Shown here: one piece after another, positions 20,815 through 35,761 of the stretch | Layout: every line of letters starts with the position of its first letter | Position numbering within the stretch: position 1 is the stretch's first letter | NCBI RefSeq assembly: GCF_009914755.1 | Contig: NC_060926.1 | Reading direction: 5' to 3' (one strand) | From: the human T2T-CHM13v2.0 reference genome, Homo sapiens | Length of the DNA stretch: 64,000 nucleotides | Notes under the pieces: generated by a model | What the model saw: only the letters and a program-made list of their open reading frames with translations | Database searches by the model: none | Told to the model about the DNA's origin: nothing | Translations under genes and position numbers: made by a program

Positions 20815-21669
20815 GTGAGTAGTGTACACATTTTAAACTAACAAAAAATGTAAATGATCTTTGTTTCTAATAACTTTTTTCCTACTTCCATGTGACTTTC
20901 TAATTTTCTCTCATTAAGTGCTGTGAAAAACAATCTTTTCACTTCAGATAAGGTTTTAGTGCCTCAATAATTTCTATTTTCAACCACTGGAAAGACACTC
21001 TCTAGAATCTCTGTTCTTGTATTTTGGAAATAATGGGGAAATTTATTGACTAAAGTTCCAACAGAGACTCTAAACTCTGGAAAAGGTAGAAAGATATATA
21101 TGCACAAAGAAATGCTTCACAGATTATCAAGGAGATAAAAAACTAATAGACAGTTTCCATGGTAAGGCCCAAAAAGAAGAGATTTGCTCTAACAAGAAAC
21201 AATACTCAATAATCTTTTTATATGATAACAAGAATTCACAAAAATCTACTTTTGGCTGGTGCATAATAGGAAAAAAAAATAGCAAAAAATTGAGCTTCGT
21301 ATGTGACCAGTTATGTCAGTTTGTTAAGATGTGGCATTAAGTGAGATCAGATCACATAATTTCATTTTTAGAAATGACTTTTACAATTATCAACTTAAAC
21401 CATTTCATTATAAAAATGAGAAAAATGAGCCTCATAAAAGTCAAGTAAATTTTCCAAGGAAAGACTTTTGATTAGTGCTCTCCTACACATAAGTTCTATG
21501 TTATTTTCTCTATTTCATGCAGTTTCTACATGAGTTATGTCCTTTGCCCTATGCTGTTCTTTAGCACACAGATTTCTATTTTTTTTTATCAACTATATGC
21601 ATGACATTATGTTACAGAAAATGGATTTATTATTTTAAACAGTGAATATTTCAAAATTAGTATTCAGAG

Positions 21670-21790
21670 TTCATCCTCATTTTATAGCTGAAGAAACTGA
21701 GTCTCAGGGGAGTTATGCGGATTCCTTAACATTACAAAGTTAGTAAGTGGAATGGTTAAAATTCAAATCCAATAGGTTCATATCAGCCAA
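21670..21790 (-). mobile_element. MIR
   Basis: CCTCATTTTATAGCTGAAGAAACTGAGTCTCAG core. Confidence 0.75.
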
Positions 21791-22069
21791 GTCCATAGTC
21801 ATTTTAGCAGACAGTGATGATTTTCTAGTTTTAGGTCTGCTAAAGAATAAAGAAAAAAGTGAAGAAATTTAAATCAGCAAATCTTACTTATTTCAGTAAA
21901 TGTTAATTTCTCTGCTCTGTAATAGGTATATTTATTAAATTATATATGTAGGCAAAAACAAAGAAGCAAACTAAGAGAAAACAAAAACACAACTATGTCA
22001 CTTGGAAACAGTTTTACTATCACTTGGTCTTTTGTAATCTTTCAATAGGCTTATAAAAGTGAATGTATG

Positions 22070-23140
22070 TAGACTTCCACTTCAGTCCAGGAGGATTAAC
22101 AGGTATTTGATTTGCCCTCACATCTTTATCACCTAGAAACCAGACAACTATATGAAACAATGGTTTTCAGTTATTGTACAGCAGGCAGTGCAGAACTGTG
22201 ATCCCGGAGAGGAGGAAAATAAATGAGATAATTCCTATAATTGCAATAGCTTAGTTTGTAGAAGTAGTTTCCAGGTAACAACAGAAGAGAAAAAGCCAAA
22301 CAAACCTCAGAAATCTCTGTGAGTGGAGAAAAAAAAGAGGTTAGTGTTTGGGGATACTGAGGTGCTCATAATTTGTAGGACAGACCACTAGAGAAAAAGA
22401 AGCTTAACTAGGTATAAGAACAGACCTTGAAAGGCTCTAACTGATCCCCAATAACTCCATTGCATACCAGAACAAAGAGGGCAATATTATTTTAAAACTA
22501 CCATACAGAAAAAAATAATGAAAAATATAAAATGTGCAGCATACAATGAAAATCACCAGGCATGTAAAGAAGCAGAAGGATAAGACCAATAATAAAGATA
22601 AAATTTAAGAAATGTAAACAAATCTAGAAATCACCATTGCAGTTAGCAGAGGACATAATAGCAGTGACTATAAATATGTTCCAAAAGTTCAAAGAAGTAA
22701 GTGAAAAGAGGAACATGATGAAGAGAGAAATAGAATAGATAAAAAATAAAAAATTGAACTTTTAGATATAACAATGCAATACCTTTTAAAAGTATATTCG
22801 TGATATTAAGAACAGATTAAATTATGTATTTCAAAAGAAAAAGTGGTAAACATGAAGTCATAGGAAAAAAAGAAAATTCTCCAAAATAAAACATAAAGAA
22901 AATAGAACACCAAAAACTTGTGGGACAATTTCAAGTATAATTAGATCTAAAGAATAAAGGGAGAGAGAGTCAGAAAAAAAATGTTTAAAGAAATAATTGC
23001 CAAATTTTTTTCAAATTTAATAAAATGTATAAACCCATGAATTCAAAAGCTCAACAAATTTGAAGCAGAAAAAAGAAGGAAAAGAAAACACTACTATGGC
23101 ACATCCTAATCAAGTTGGTGAAAACCAGAGTTAAACAAAA
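22070..23140 (+). mobile_element. Old L1M 5'/ORF1 region
   Basis: A-rich ORF1-like sequence (GAAATAATTGCCAAATTTTTTTCAAATTT...AAGCTCAACAAA). Confidence 0.65.
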
Positions 23141-23378
23141 GCCAAATCTACTCAGTCCAGAATTTTACATAACATAGCATATAGCTTGCAAACAAACACA
23201 GCATAGCTGACTGCTAAATAAACATATGGCATTAGAGGTCATTTAATGATCAACCTTTAAAAAAAATTGCTGTAACTTCAGTAAAGAGCACAACCTTATT
23301 CAGCTTAATATGAAGCAGATGTATGTATCAGTGTAACTATCACCCTTAAATTGAATATACATCATTCCAGAAGGTTCT

Positions 23379-25562
23379 TTAAAACTTATTTTTTTACATT
23401 TACATAGTAGGTGTGTATATTTTGGGGGTACATCAGATGTTCTGTTACAGGCATGCAGTGTGAAATAAGCACATCATGGAGAATGGGGTATCCAAACCCT
23501 CAAACATTTATCCTTTGAGGTACAAACAATACAATTACATTCTTTAAGCTATTTAAAAATATGCAAAATTAAGTTATTATTGACTATAGTTACCCTATTG
23601 TTCTATCAGATAGTAGGTCCTATTCATTCTTTGCACTCTTTGTGCCCATTAACCATCTCCACCTTCCTCCCAACTGCTGGTAACCATCCTTCTACTCTCT
23701 ATGTCCATGAATTCCTTCATATCAAATCAATCAAATCATGATTTGATTTTTAGATCCCATAAATAAGAGCATGCAATGTTTGTCTTTCTGTGCCTATTTC
23801 ACTTAACACAATGACGTCATTCCCATCCATGTTGTTGAAAATGACTAGATCTCTTTCTTTTTATGACTGAATACTGCTCCATTGTGTTTATGTACCACAT
23901 TTTCTTTATTTATTCATCTGTTAATGGACACCTAGGTTGCTTTCATATCTTAGCTATTTATTGTAAACAGTGCTGCAACAAACATAGGAGTACAGATTTC
24001 TCTTTGATATACTGGTTTCCTTTCTTTTGGGTCTATATCCAGCAGTGAGATTGCTAGATCATATGGTAGCTCATTTTTCAGTTATTTCAGGAACCTCCAA
24101 ACTGTTTTCTATAGTGGTTATACTAATTTATATTCCCACCAACAGTGTACGAGGGTTCCCTTTTCTCCACATTCTCTCCAGCATTTTTATTGCTTGTCTT
24201 TTGGACAAAAGACATTTTAACTGGGGTGAGATTATATCTCATTGAAGTTTTGATTTCCATGTCTCTGATGATCGTTGATGTTGAGCACCATTTCATATGC
24301 CTGTTTGTCATTTGCATGTCTTCTCTTCAGAAATGTCCATTCAAATCTTTTGCCCATTTTTTGATTGGATTATTAGATTTTTTTCCTATTGAGTTGTTTG
24401 AGCTTCTTATATAGTCTGGTTATTAATGCCTTTCAGATGGGTAGTTTGCAAATATTTTTTTCCCATTCTGTGGGTTGTCTCTTACTTTGTTGGCTGTATT
24501 CTTTGCTATGCAGAAGCTTTTTATCTTGATGTGATCCCATGTGCCCGTGTTTGCTTTGGTTGTCTGTGCTTGTGGGGTGTTGTTCAAGAAGTCTTTGTCC
24601 AGACCAATGTCCTGGAGATTATCCCCAATGTTTTCTTGCAGTAGTTTCATGGTTTGAGGTCTTAACAAGTGTTTAATCCATTTAGATTTGATTTTTGTGT
24701 ATGAGGAGAGGTAGGGATGTAGTTTCATTCATTGGCATATGACTATCCAGTTTTCCCAGCAGCATTTATTGAAGATACTGTCTTTTTACCAGTGTATGTT
24801 CTTGGCACCTTTGTCAAAAACGAGTTTCCTGTAGGTGTGTTGATTTATTTCTGGGTTCTCTATTCTGTTCCATTAGTCTATGTGTCTGTGTTTATGCCAG
24901 TACCATGCTGTTTTGGTTACTATATGTCTGTAGTATAATTTGAAGTCAGCTAATGTGATTCCTCCAGTTTTGTTCCTTTTGCTTAGGATAGCTCTGTCTA
25001 TTCTGGGCCTTTTGTTGTTCCATATATATTTTAGAATTTTTTTTTTATTTCTGTGAAGATTGTCTTTGATATTTTGTCAGGGATTGCATAGAATCTGTAG
25101 GTTGCTTTGGGTAATATGGACATTTTAACAATATTGATGCTTCCAATTCGTGAACATGAAATATGTTCCCATATTCTGGTGTCCTCTTCAATTTCCTTCA
25201 TCAGTGTTTTATAGTTTATAGAGATCTTTCATGTCTTTGATTAAGTCAACTCCTATGTGTTTAATTTTACCTGTGGCAATTGTAAATGGGATTACTTTTT
25301 AAATTTCTTTTTCACATTGTTCACTGTTGACATATAGAAATGCTACTGATTTTTGTATGTTAATTTTGTGTCCTGTAACTTTATTAAATTTGTTTATCAG
25401 TTCTAGTAGTTTTCTTTTTGAGTCTTTAGGTTTCTCCAAATATAACATCATATCATCAGCAAACAGGAATAATTTGACTTCTTCCTTTCCAATTTAGATG
25501 CCCTTTATATCTTTCTCCTGTTTAATTGTTCTAGCTAGGACTTCCAGTACTATGTTGGATAA
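23379..25562 (-). mobile_element. L1MA1/L1MA2, 5'-truncated, with TSD
   Basis: L1MA1/2-type 3'UTR; ORF2 pieces; 11-bp TSD CAGAAGGTTCT at 23368-23378 and 25563-25573. Confidence 0.9.
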
Positions 25563-25573
25563 CAGAAGGTTCT

Positions 25574-26690
25574 CTTATAATCTTTCTCAGAGATAATAAT
25601 TCTGCTTTTGAAAACTAAAGATTAAATTTTGTCTAGTCTCAAACATCATATGAATTAAATCATATTATAATAACTTGTGTGTCTGTCTTCTTTCATTCAA
25701 CATATTATCTGTGAGAATTATCTATGATTTTGCATTTTTCAGGAATACTTTTTGTTGATTTTATAAATGCACTAAAATTCATCCATTCTCTTTTTTGTAG
25801 ATGTTTGAGTTGCTCCCAGTTTTATGCTACCATGAATGAGGTCAGTAGAAATATTTTTATACATACTGTCGGCTAATGTAGTCAATTATGTTTTTGTGAT
25901 GTATACCTAAACATGGCATTGTTGGGTCATAAGGTAGAAGTGTGCCTAGGCTTAATAGACGTTGTCAAGAGTTACTCACAGTAATTGAAGTAGTTTATAT
26001 TTCTACTAACACTACATGAGAGTTTTGGTTTCTTCACTTTCTCACCAAGAATTGACATTGTCTGTCTTCTTAATTTTAGTTTTTGTTTTTCTCTTGGAGT
26101 AAGTTGATAAATCATTGAGATTTTACTTTGTGTTTTCTTGATGCATAATGATATTGAGCATATTTTATAGCTTATTGGCCATTTAGCTATCTACCTTCTT
26201 CTTGTTCAAGTTTCCCAGTTTTTGAAGTGTGTCTTTGGTCATTTAATTATGAATTTGTAGGATTCATTTATAACCTAGATATGTATTCTTTGTTAGATAT
26301 ACTTGTTTTATGTATCTTCTTCCAGTTTTTTTTTGGACTTACCTATTTCAATGAACAAAAGATCTTGATTTCAAAGAAGTCCAATTTATCAATATTTTGA
26401 TTTTGGAATGAGCATATTTCTGCTCTATTTAACAAATATTTGTTCACCCAAGTTCACGGGATTATTTTCCTATATATTCTTGAAGATTTATTGTTTTACC
26501 TTCCATAGACCTGTAGATCTATTTTCCATTTCAGATTAATTTTTACATATGGCATAAGGAATGAGTCAAAAATTATTTGGTTTTCTATAAGGTTATCTGA
26601 TTGTTCCAGCAGTATTTACGTCAAAGATTATTTTTAAAATATTCAGCTAATGTGACCCCTATTTTATAAATCATGTGAATATATATTTAT
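25574..26690 (-). mobile_element. Old L1MD/ME 3' region (host of the L1MA insertion)
   Basis: Antisense L1 3' motifs, highly diverged. Confidence 0.65.
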
Positions 26691-28363
26691 ACAGTAATCC
26701 CCCCTTATCTGCAGGATATCTGCGAAGGATTTTTAACTTTTTCCTGATATATAGAAATAAAATTGAATTCTGGATATTTACTTCTAATCTAATGACTTTA
26801 GTAATTTGACGCAGGGATAGACTGTTTGGATTTAGATCAGCTGACATTTGCTGAACTTCTCAAATCCACAAAGTCATGTCTTTCATCAAATTAGATATTA
26901 TTTAGTCAATATTTTAAAAATGTGGTTTCTGGCCTATTCTCTCTCTTATCCCATTATTAAACTCCACTTATAAGTAGGTTAGATATTTTGGCTGTATGGT
27001 ATTATTTTTCTCATATTTTAAATATTTTTCTTACTTTTCTTTACACTTTTTTTGTGATATAGTGTGCTTGTGGAGACTTTGCATTATCATATTCCTGTAA
27101 AGATTGTTGAGTTTCTATTTTGGTTTGTAGGGTTTTGCTTTGTTTTATTTTAAAATTGAAATATGAGGGTTTCATTTTGATTCTATTGATGCTTTACTTT
27201 AGGCTATGTTAGAGTGGTTCTATTTAGTTTTGCCTTTACATTTAAGGCACAATCATTTAGAGGTCACAACTGAATACCCATTGTCTTTTGTATTGCATGG
27301 AAATTCTACTGGCCCTGGATTCTAACATATACCATGTCTTGTGCAACCTCTCTTCTTTGCTAGGTCTTCTAGCTGTCTGTTCTATGTGTGTGAAGCTTAG
27401 GAGTCAGTCAAGGTTGGGAGAGAATTTTTTATACAGGTTTTTAGAGAATTTTTCTCTGCTACTCTCTCCTGCATATCAAGTTCCAGCTGCATTGTAAAGC
27501 CAGAACTCTGTATTTCCTTTGACCAATAAACTTCCACTTTCTATGAAAAATGTATTTAAAGATGCAGTTAAAGAGAAATTCAATGTGAATATTAATCTCC
27601 TCTTGTGTGCTTCGTTTGTATTAATTACTAGTGCTTTCTGATGGTAACAAAAGTTTGGTTTGGTCTAGCTTTCGTAATTGCCCGGGATGGAGGAGTCAGT
27701 CTGATAGAGCTACTTTCTCATGGCCCATATCAGTTTTTAAAAGGATACAAAATATACTGCAAATAATTGCAAAGAACACACTCATGCTAAGCTAATTGAC
27801 ATTGGTCTAATTTGTAGAAACAGTAAGAGGTTTCAGTATTTATTGCAAACACTTTACATCAAACACCTCAGTGATTGCTGAATCTCAAGATTAAAACCAC
27901 GGATGAAAGTAAACATTTTGTATTTCAGAATTAAGACCCAAAACTATATACTCATACTCACCTTAAGTAATCAATATTAATTAATTTATTCATTCCTTGT
28001 TAAATTAATATTTGTTGATAAACTACCAGTTGCCAAGTAATCTTCAAAAGTGTGTGAAACAATTAGAAAAGAGAGATCAAACTGATAAACTGCATCATAG
28101 TTAAGTTTAATGCTACTCTGCAAGATATCTTATTATCATTATAGATGTCAAAAATAAATGTATCCTTATGTTTTAGAACAAGAATTAACCCTCAAAAAAG
28201 TAAATAAGTGAAAGATTAAGTAATAAGAAACTGTAGAATACTCTAGCAAATAGGAAAAGTTTTTAAATATTATAATGTCATACATTGTTAGAAATGTGAA
28301 AATATATATACACAGGTAAGAAGCTTCTAGGATTGATTAAATCTTTATTTCAAGAAAATAGTA

Positions 28364-28663
<300 letters not shown>

Positions 28664-29084
28664 TCAGGCAATATACATATCCACATTTTAATATTTATAG
28701 CCTTTGAAATGATAATTTCATTTTCAAGAATTATCTTAAAAACTATTTGATATGTACAAATATACATACAAAATCATGTTCATCTGACCATTATTTATAA
28801 TGCTAAAAATAAAAAGCCACCTAATAAATATTTTCAAGGGACTAGGTATGTGATAAGACTATTTGCAGGTATTCTCAAAATATAGCTAAGATTATGAGAA
28901 CATTCTGGATGTAAATTGTAAAGTAAAATAAGATATCAAAAAATATTTTCACTATTGTTTTCATTCCTATATTTACATTTTAACAAGAAAACTCCTTAAA
29001 AAATGTTTTTGATTACCCCCACCCCCACCTTATATTAGGAATGTTCACTACATGATGATGTAGTAAGAAATTATTTTTATGATT

Positions 29085-30525
29085 ATTTTTTTTTTCTTTT
29101 TTTTTTTTTTACTTCAATAGGTCTTTGGGGAACAGGTGGTTTTTGGTTACATGAATAAGTTTTTTAGTGTACACTGTACCCAATGTGTAGTCTTGTATCC
29201 TTTCCCACCACTCACCCTTTTTCCCCGAGTCCCCAAAGTCCAATGTATCATTCTTATGCCTTTGAGTCGTCATAGCTTAGCTTCCACATATGAATGAAAA
29301 CCTACAATGCTTGTTTTTTATTTCTGAATTACTTCACTTAGAATAGTAGTCTCCAGTTTTACCCAGGTTCCTGTAAATGACATTATTTCACTCCTTTTTA
29401 TGACTGAGTAGTATTCCATGATATTTATATATGTGTGTGTATGTATATATGCACCACATTTTCTTCATCCTCTCGTTGATTGATGGGCATTTGAGCTGGT
29501 TTCATACTTTTGCAATTGCAAATTGTGCTGTTATAAACATGTGTGTGCAAGTATCTTTTTTGTATAATGACTTCTTTTCATCTGCGTAGATACCTAGTAG
29601 TGGGATTACTGGATGAAATGGTAGATCTACTTATAGTTCTTTAAGGAATCTCCACACTCTTTTCCACAGTGGTTGTACTAGTTTACATTCCCTCCAACAG
29701 TGTAAAAGTGTTCCTTTTCACCTCGTCCACACCAACATCTATTTTTTTTTAATTTTTTGATTATGGCCTTTCTTGTAGAAGTGAGGTGGTATCACACTGT
29801 GATTTGGATTTGCATTTCCCTGATAATTAATGATGTTGAACATTTTTCTATGTGTTTCTTAGCCATTTGTATATCTTCTTTTGAGAATTGTCTATTCACA
29901 TGCTTAGCCCACTTTTTGATGGGATTTTTTTTTCTTGCTGGTTTGTTTGATTTCCTAGTAGATTTTGGATATTAGTCCTTTGTTGGATGTATAAATTGTG
30001 AAGATTTTCTCCCACTCTATGGGTTGTCTGTTAACTCTGCTGATTTTTTTTTTTTTTTTTTTACTATGCAGAAGCTTTTTTGTTTATTTCAGTCCCATCT
30101 ATTTATGTTTGCTTTTGTTCCATTTGCTTTTGAGTTCTTGGTCATGAAGTCTTTGCCGAAGCCAATGTATACAAGGGTTTTTCCAATGTTTTGTTCTAGA
30201 ATCTTTATGGTTTCGGGTCTTAGATTTATGTCTTTGATCCATCTTGAGTTGAGTTTTGTATAAGGTGAGAAATGAGGATCCAATTTCATTCTTCTACATG
30301 TGGCTTGCCAATTATCCCAGCACCATTTGTTGAACACGGTGTTTTTACCCACTTTATGTTTTTGTTTACTTTGTCGAAGATCAGTTGGCTGTAAGTATTT
30401 GGGTTTATTTCTGAGTTCTCTATTCTGTTCCATTTGTCTATGTGCTTATTTTTATACCAGTACCATACTGTTTTGGTGACTATGGCCTTATACTGTAGTT
30501 TCATGTCAGGTAATGCGATGCCTCC

Positions 30526-30561
<36 letters not shown>

Positions 30562-31010
30562 TTTTTTTTTTTTTGCTTTGTCTGGCTATGTGGGCTCTTT
30601 TTTGGTTCCATATGAGTTATAGGATTGCTTTTTTCTAATTCTGTGATGAATGATCATGGCATGTTGATGGGAATTGCATTGAATTTACAGATTGCTTTTG
30701 GAAGTGTGGTCATTTTCACAATATTCGTTCTACCCATCCATGAGCATGGTGTTTGTGTTTCTTTTGTTTGTGTTGTGTATGATTTCTTTCAGCAGTGTTT
30801 TGTAGTTTGTGCAAGTAGAGGTCTTGCACATCCTTGGTTAGGTATATTCATAAGTATTCTTTCTTTTTTTTTTTTTTTTTTGCAGCTGTTGTGAAAGGGG
30901 TTGAGTTCTTGATGTGACTCTCAGCTTAGTCACTGTTGGTGTATAGCAGAGCTACTGATTTGTTTACGTTAATTTTGTATCCTGAAAGTTCAATGAATTC
31001 ATTTACCAGT
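29085..31010 (-). mobile_element. L1PB (L1PB1-like), 5'-truncated
   Basis: T-tail, TTCAATAGGTCTTTGGGGAACAGGTGG 3' end; ORF2 C-terminal peptides 30089-30504. Confidence 0.88.
30528..30558. repeat. (TA)n microsatellite followed by poly(T), inside the L1PB
   Basis: Direct reading. Confidence 0.95.
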
Positions 31011-32115
31011 TTTTTTAATAGTTAGATTTTATTGTTATGTCTGCTAAATTTATATTTTTGTATATTTTTAAAGCAGCAGCATACTTAGTTAAGAAGTTCA
31101 AAAAGTATAAATCAGTCATGGAGGTCTAAATGGATTTTTAGTTGTGGCAATACATATTTGTTTGGTTACCAAAGAGATACTTTATTGAATACTGCATTTT
31201 AAAGGTAGTGACAAGATTTTGCCTACCTTCCAAAATGTTAAATTAAGGGCTGAGGTTTTAGGAAACCTTATTATTCATTCTACAACTTCCCCTGACAAAG
31301 GTTTTATCTACTGTCTTTGTCTATCCTTCACCTATTGATCTGTTCATACATTTATATTGATGAAAATAGAAATGGTTAAAACCAAATCTGCTTTGACAAT
31401 AACATGTTGGAAGACGATTAAGAACTTCAACCCATGATTGTGTATGCTTTATTATACATGAGTTAAACACACAGCAAACAACCTGGCATGTGACAGACTC
31501 TTAAACTGTTTGTGAAATAAGTGGATGCACTGAACCTACTAAGATATTTTCTAAGAATTTTCATGTGACAACATATATGGGCAGCAGTTATGTCACTCAT
31601 AATCTTTTTAGTTTTTCCTTCCAAGGTCACCATTTCTACTGCTTCTGACCAGAAACCCCCAATTCCTTGTTGCTATGGAAAGTTACCTTGCACTCTGTTT
31701 TTTTTTAGATAATTCTTATTTTTCAGAAGACATTAATTATTGCCCAATTTTTAAATTGTAACATCAGACTTTAAGTAGTTTAGGTACTATCACTCACATC
31801 AGAACTTCAGGTTATCTGAAAATACAACTTCGTTTCTTTCTGACAATCTAGATCTTTCAGAATACAATATTATCAACTGAAAGCCAAACAGGACATTATG
31901 ACTCTTGATAATATGTGACAGAGAGGGTTCGGCATCTTAATGCATCATTTTTTTAATGAACATTTTGGTGTGCTGTAGTTAATATCATGTTATATGTAAA
32001 CATATATATAATATATTCACACAGAGAATACAGTAAGGTTAAATATGACACTATGACACAAGGTAGTTTTATTTTATGTGCTTTGTGCCCTTTGTTTCAC
32101 TTATACGTTTGTAAG

Positions 32116-32262
32116 GAGAAGGATCATAGAAACTGCAACCCCAGAATCAGTTATTGCATTTAGGATTCCAAAAACTGAAAATGAAATATCAAGTTCCCAC
32201 CACCAAATAAGAGCATTCCGTAAATGGAAGGCAAATAATCCCTTTCAATTGCCTAATTTAAG
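32116..32262 (+). other. Candidate exon B (147 nt, phase 2-2)
   Basis: Pyrimidine tract ending TTTGTAAG, donor AAG|GTAGGT, single open frame RRIIETATPESVIAFRIPK...NPFQLPNL. Confidence 0.45.
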
Positions 32263-32556
32263 GTAGGTTCTTTGGGGAAAAGACTACTGCAAATAGAATG
32301 TATTACTGAAAAAAAAGCATTTTATTTGCTAGATCTATTTGCTTAAGTAGAACAAGGATTTCATAGCACTGGAAAGTGTGAAAATCTTATACAGACATTA
32401 GTAATATCATAATTTTATTTTAAATTGAAAAAACTTTAAAATATGCAATTTTAGACATATACAATGTCTTCATGGGTCATCAGTTCAAAGCTTCATTTTA
32501 ATTGTTTAGGAAATGATGCCTGGAACAATGAAACTCCTGTCTGCCTGCATAGCTAA

Positions 32557-32942
<386 letters not shown>

Positions 32943-33306
32943 AAAAATCTACATTTTTAACCCAGTGCTTCTACTGCCACATTAAACTCCTGCATTGTGA
33001 AGGAAAGAAATATTTGGTTGAATGAAGCACCTTATGATAAAAATGAACAGATTGAAGGAAGATTGATAACAGTGTTGCAAGATAGTGGCAGAACTTGGAA
33101 TCAGAAACAGCAGGGTGATACTCCTGTACAACATTATTTTCTCATAGCCTGATACTTAAAAATACCATTTTAACTACAGCACACCAAATGTCCATTAAAA
33201 AAATTACAAGTCAGTTATACATATGCAAGGTTTCCTCTAAAACTAATAACAGCCAACATTTTTGAAAGCCTACTATGTAAGAAATGGATGATAAATGCAA
33301 TAAATG

Positions 33307-33605
33307 TGTTAAAGGAAAAACTACAAATTAAATTTAGTAGAGTGTATTTGAGCAAAGAAATGGTTTATGAACAAGGCACTACCCTGAACCAGTATTTAGA
33401 AAGCCCCACCCAGCAATGTGCACAGGTAGTATTTATCCACAGGGGGAAAAGAAAAGTAACATAAATAGCCTGATTGGTTATAGCTTGACGTTTGCCTTAT
33501 TTGGACATGTCTGAGCAATTTGCAGCCTGTGATTGGCTGAAAGCTTGGCTGTTATGATTGGCCGAGACCCACTTACTTGTTACAAGAATACACTTTCGTT
33601 AGGTG
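33307..33605 (-). mobile_element. MER57-like ERV1 LTR, partial
   Basis: TGTTAAAGGAAAAACT...AAATTAAATTTA...GATTGGTTATAGCTTGACGTTTGCCTTATTTG. Confidence 0.7.
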
Positions 33606-33749
33606 AGGTCGTAGTTTTGGTTTTCCAGATTTGTTTTTCTGGTATAATTATCCTTTTATTTTGTATGTATGTATTCATTTTTTTGAAGACAGCATTTAAT
33701 AAAATTTAAGTAATGCCTAAGTATTTGGGCTCTGCTGGTTTACTAATAC

Positions 33750-34843
33750 ATTTTTTAAATTATACTTTAAGTTCAGGGGTACATGTGCAGAATGTGCAGT
33801 TTTGTTACATAGGTATACACGAGCCACAGTGGTTTGCTGCATCCTCAACCTATCACCTACATTAGGTATTTCTCCTAATGTTATCCCTCCCCTAGCCCCC
33901 CACCCCCTGACAGGCCCTGGTGTTTGATGTTCCCCTCTCTATGTCCATGTGTTCTTATTGTTCAACTCCCACTTATGAATGAGAACGTGCAGTGTTTGGT
34001 TTTCTGTTCTTGTAATAGTTTGCTGAGAATAGTGTTTTCCAGCTTCATCCATGTCCCTGCAAAAGACATGAACTCATCCTTTTTATGGCTGTATAGTATT
34101 CCATAGTGTATATGTGCCGCATTTTCTTTATCTGGTCTATTACTGATGGACATTTGGGTTGATTCCAAGTCTTTGCTATTGTGAATAGTGCCGCAATAAA
34201 CATACATGTGCATGTGTCTTCATAGTAGAATGATTTCTAATCCTTTAGGTATAAACCCAGTAATGGGATTGCTGGGACAAATGGTATTTCTAGTTCTAGA
34301 TCCTAGAGGAATCACCGTACTGTCTTCCACAATGGTTGAACTAATTTATACACCCACCAACAGTGTAAAATCATCCCTATTTCTCCACATCATCTCCAGC
34401 ATCTGTTGTTTCCTGACTTTTTAATGATCGCCATTCTAACTGGCGTGAGATGGTATCTCATTGTGGTTTTGATTTGCATTTCTCTAATGACCAGTGATGA
34501 TGATACGCATTTTTTCATATTTCTGTTGGCTGCATAAATGTCTTCTTTTGAGAAGTGTCTGTCTGTTCACATAGTTTGCCTACTCTTTGATGGGGTTGTT
34601 TGTTTTTTCTTGTAAATTTGTTTAAGTTCTTTGTAGATTCTGGGTATTAGCCCTTTGTCAGATGGATAGATTGCAAAAATTATCTCGCATTCTGTAGGTT
34701 GCCTGTTCACTCTGATGATAGTTTCTCTTGCTGTGCAGAAGCTCTTTAGTTTAATTAGATCCCATTTGTCAATTTTGGCTTTTGTTGCCATTGCTTTTGG
34801 TGTTTTAGTCATGAAGACTTTGCCCATGCCTGTGTCCTGAATA
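33750..34843 (-). mobile_element. L1PA7-like 3' fragment
   Basis: 3'UTR GGTACATGTGCAGAATGTGCAGTTTTG; ORF2 C-terminal peptides 33962-34213 and 34567-34827; no TSD found. Confidence 0.9.
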
Positions 34844-35399
34844 TGTAGCCATGAGGAAATATACTTATTATTACCATCTCTAGCTTAAGTAAAGCTAAAG
34901 GAGAAAATATGATTATAAGTATTTGTAAGTATTTTGGTATGATGCTAGTTGTTTTTGAATGTCTTCTCTGCCTAGCTGTAACTAATCAAAAAAGCTAAAT
35001 CTTGTTGACATTTAAATAGGTGGCCTTAGTTATATAAGATGGCATTTAGCTTAATAATTTCATTTTTCTTCATTCATTCTACTAAATTGCTCCAACTGTA
35101 ATATTACTACACTGCACTTTACATGAGGAGCAATATTATAGCATTCAAAACAAGTATTTACCCTGTCTTATCTTTCATGGGTTTTTCAAAAAAGAATACA
35201 ACTTATTAACAAGTAGGCAAATGTAACATGGAAATGCTTTTTTTCATCATGATTTTTAAGTATGTTCTGGCTCCCAATATGATAATTTTGCCTACTGAAA
35301 TTTTCATTCCAGCCTAAGGTATTTGGTAGAAAGATGCTTAAAACTTACCTCAGTGACATTAGCTTAATTGCCCAATTTGCAGGAGACAACCAAAGCTAA

Positions 35400-35761
<362 letters not shown>

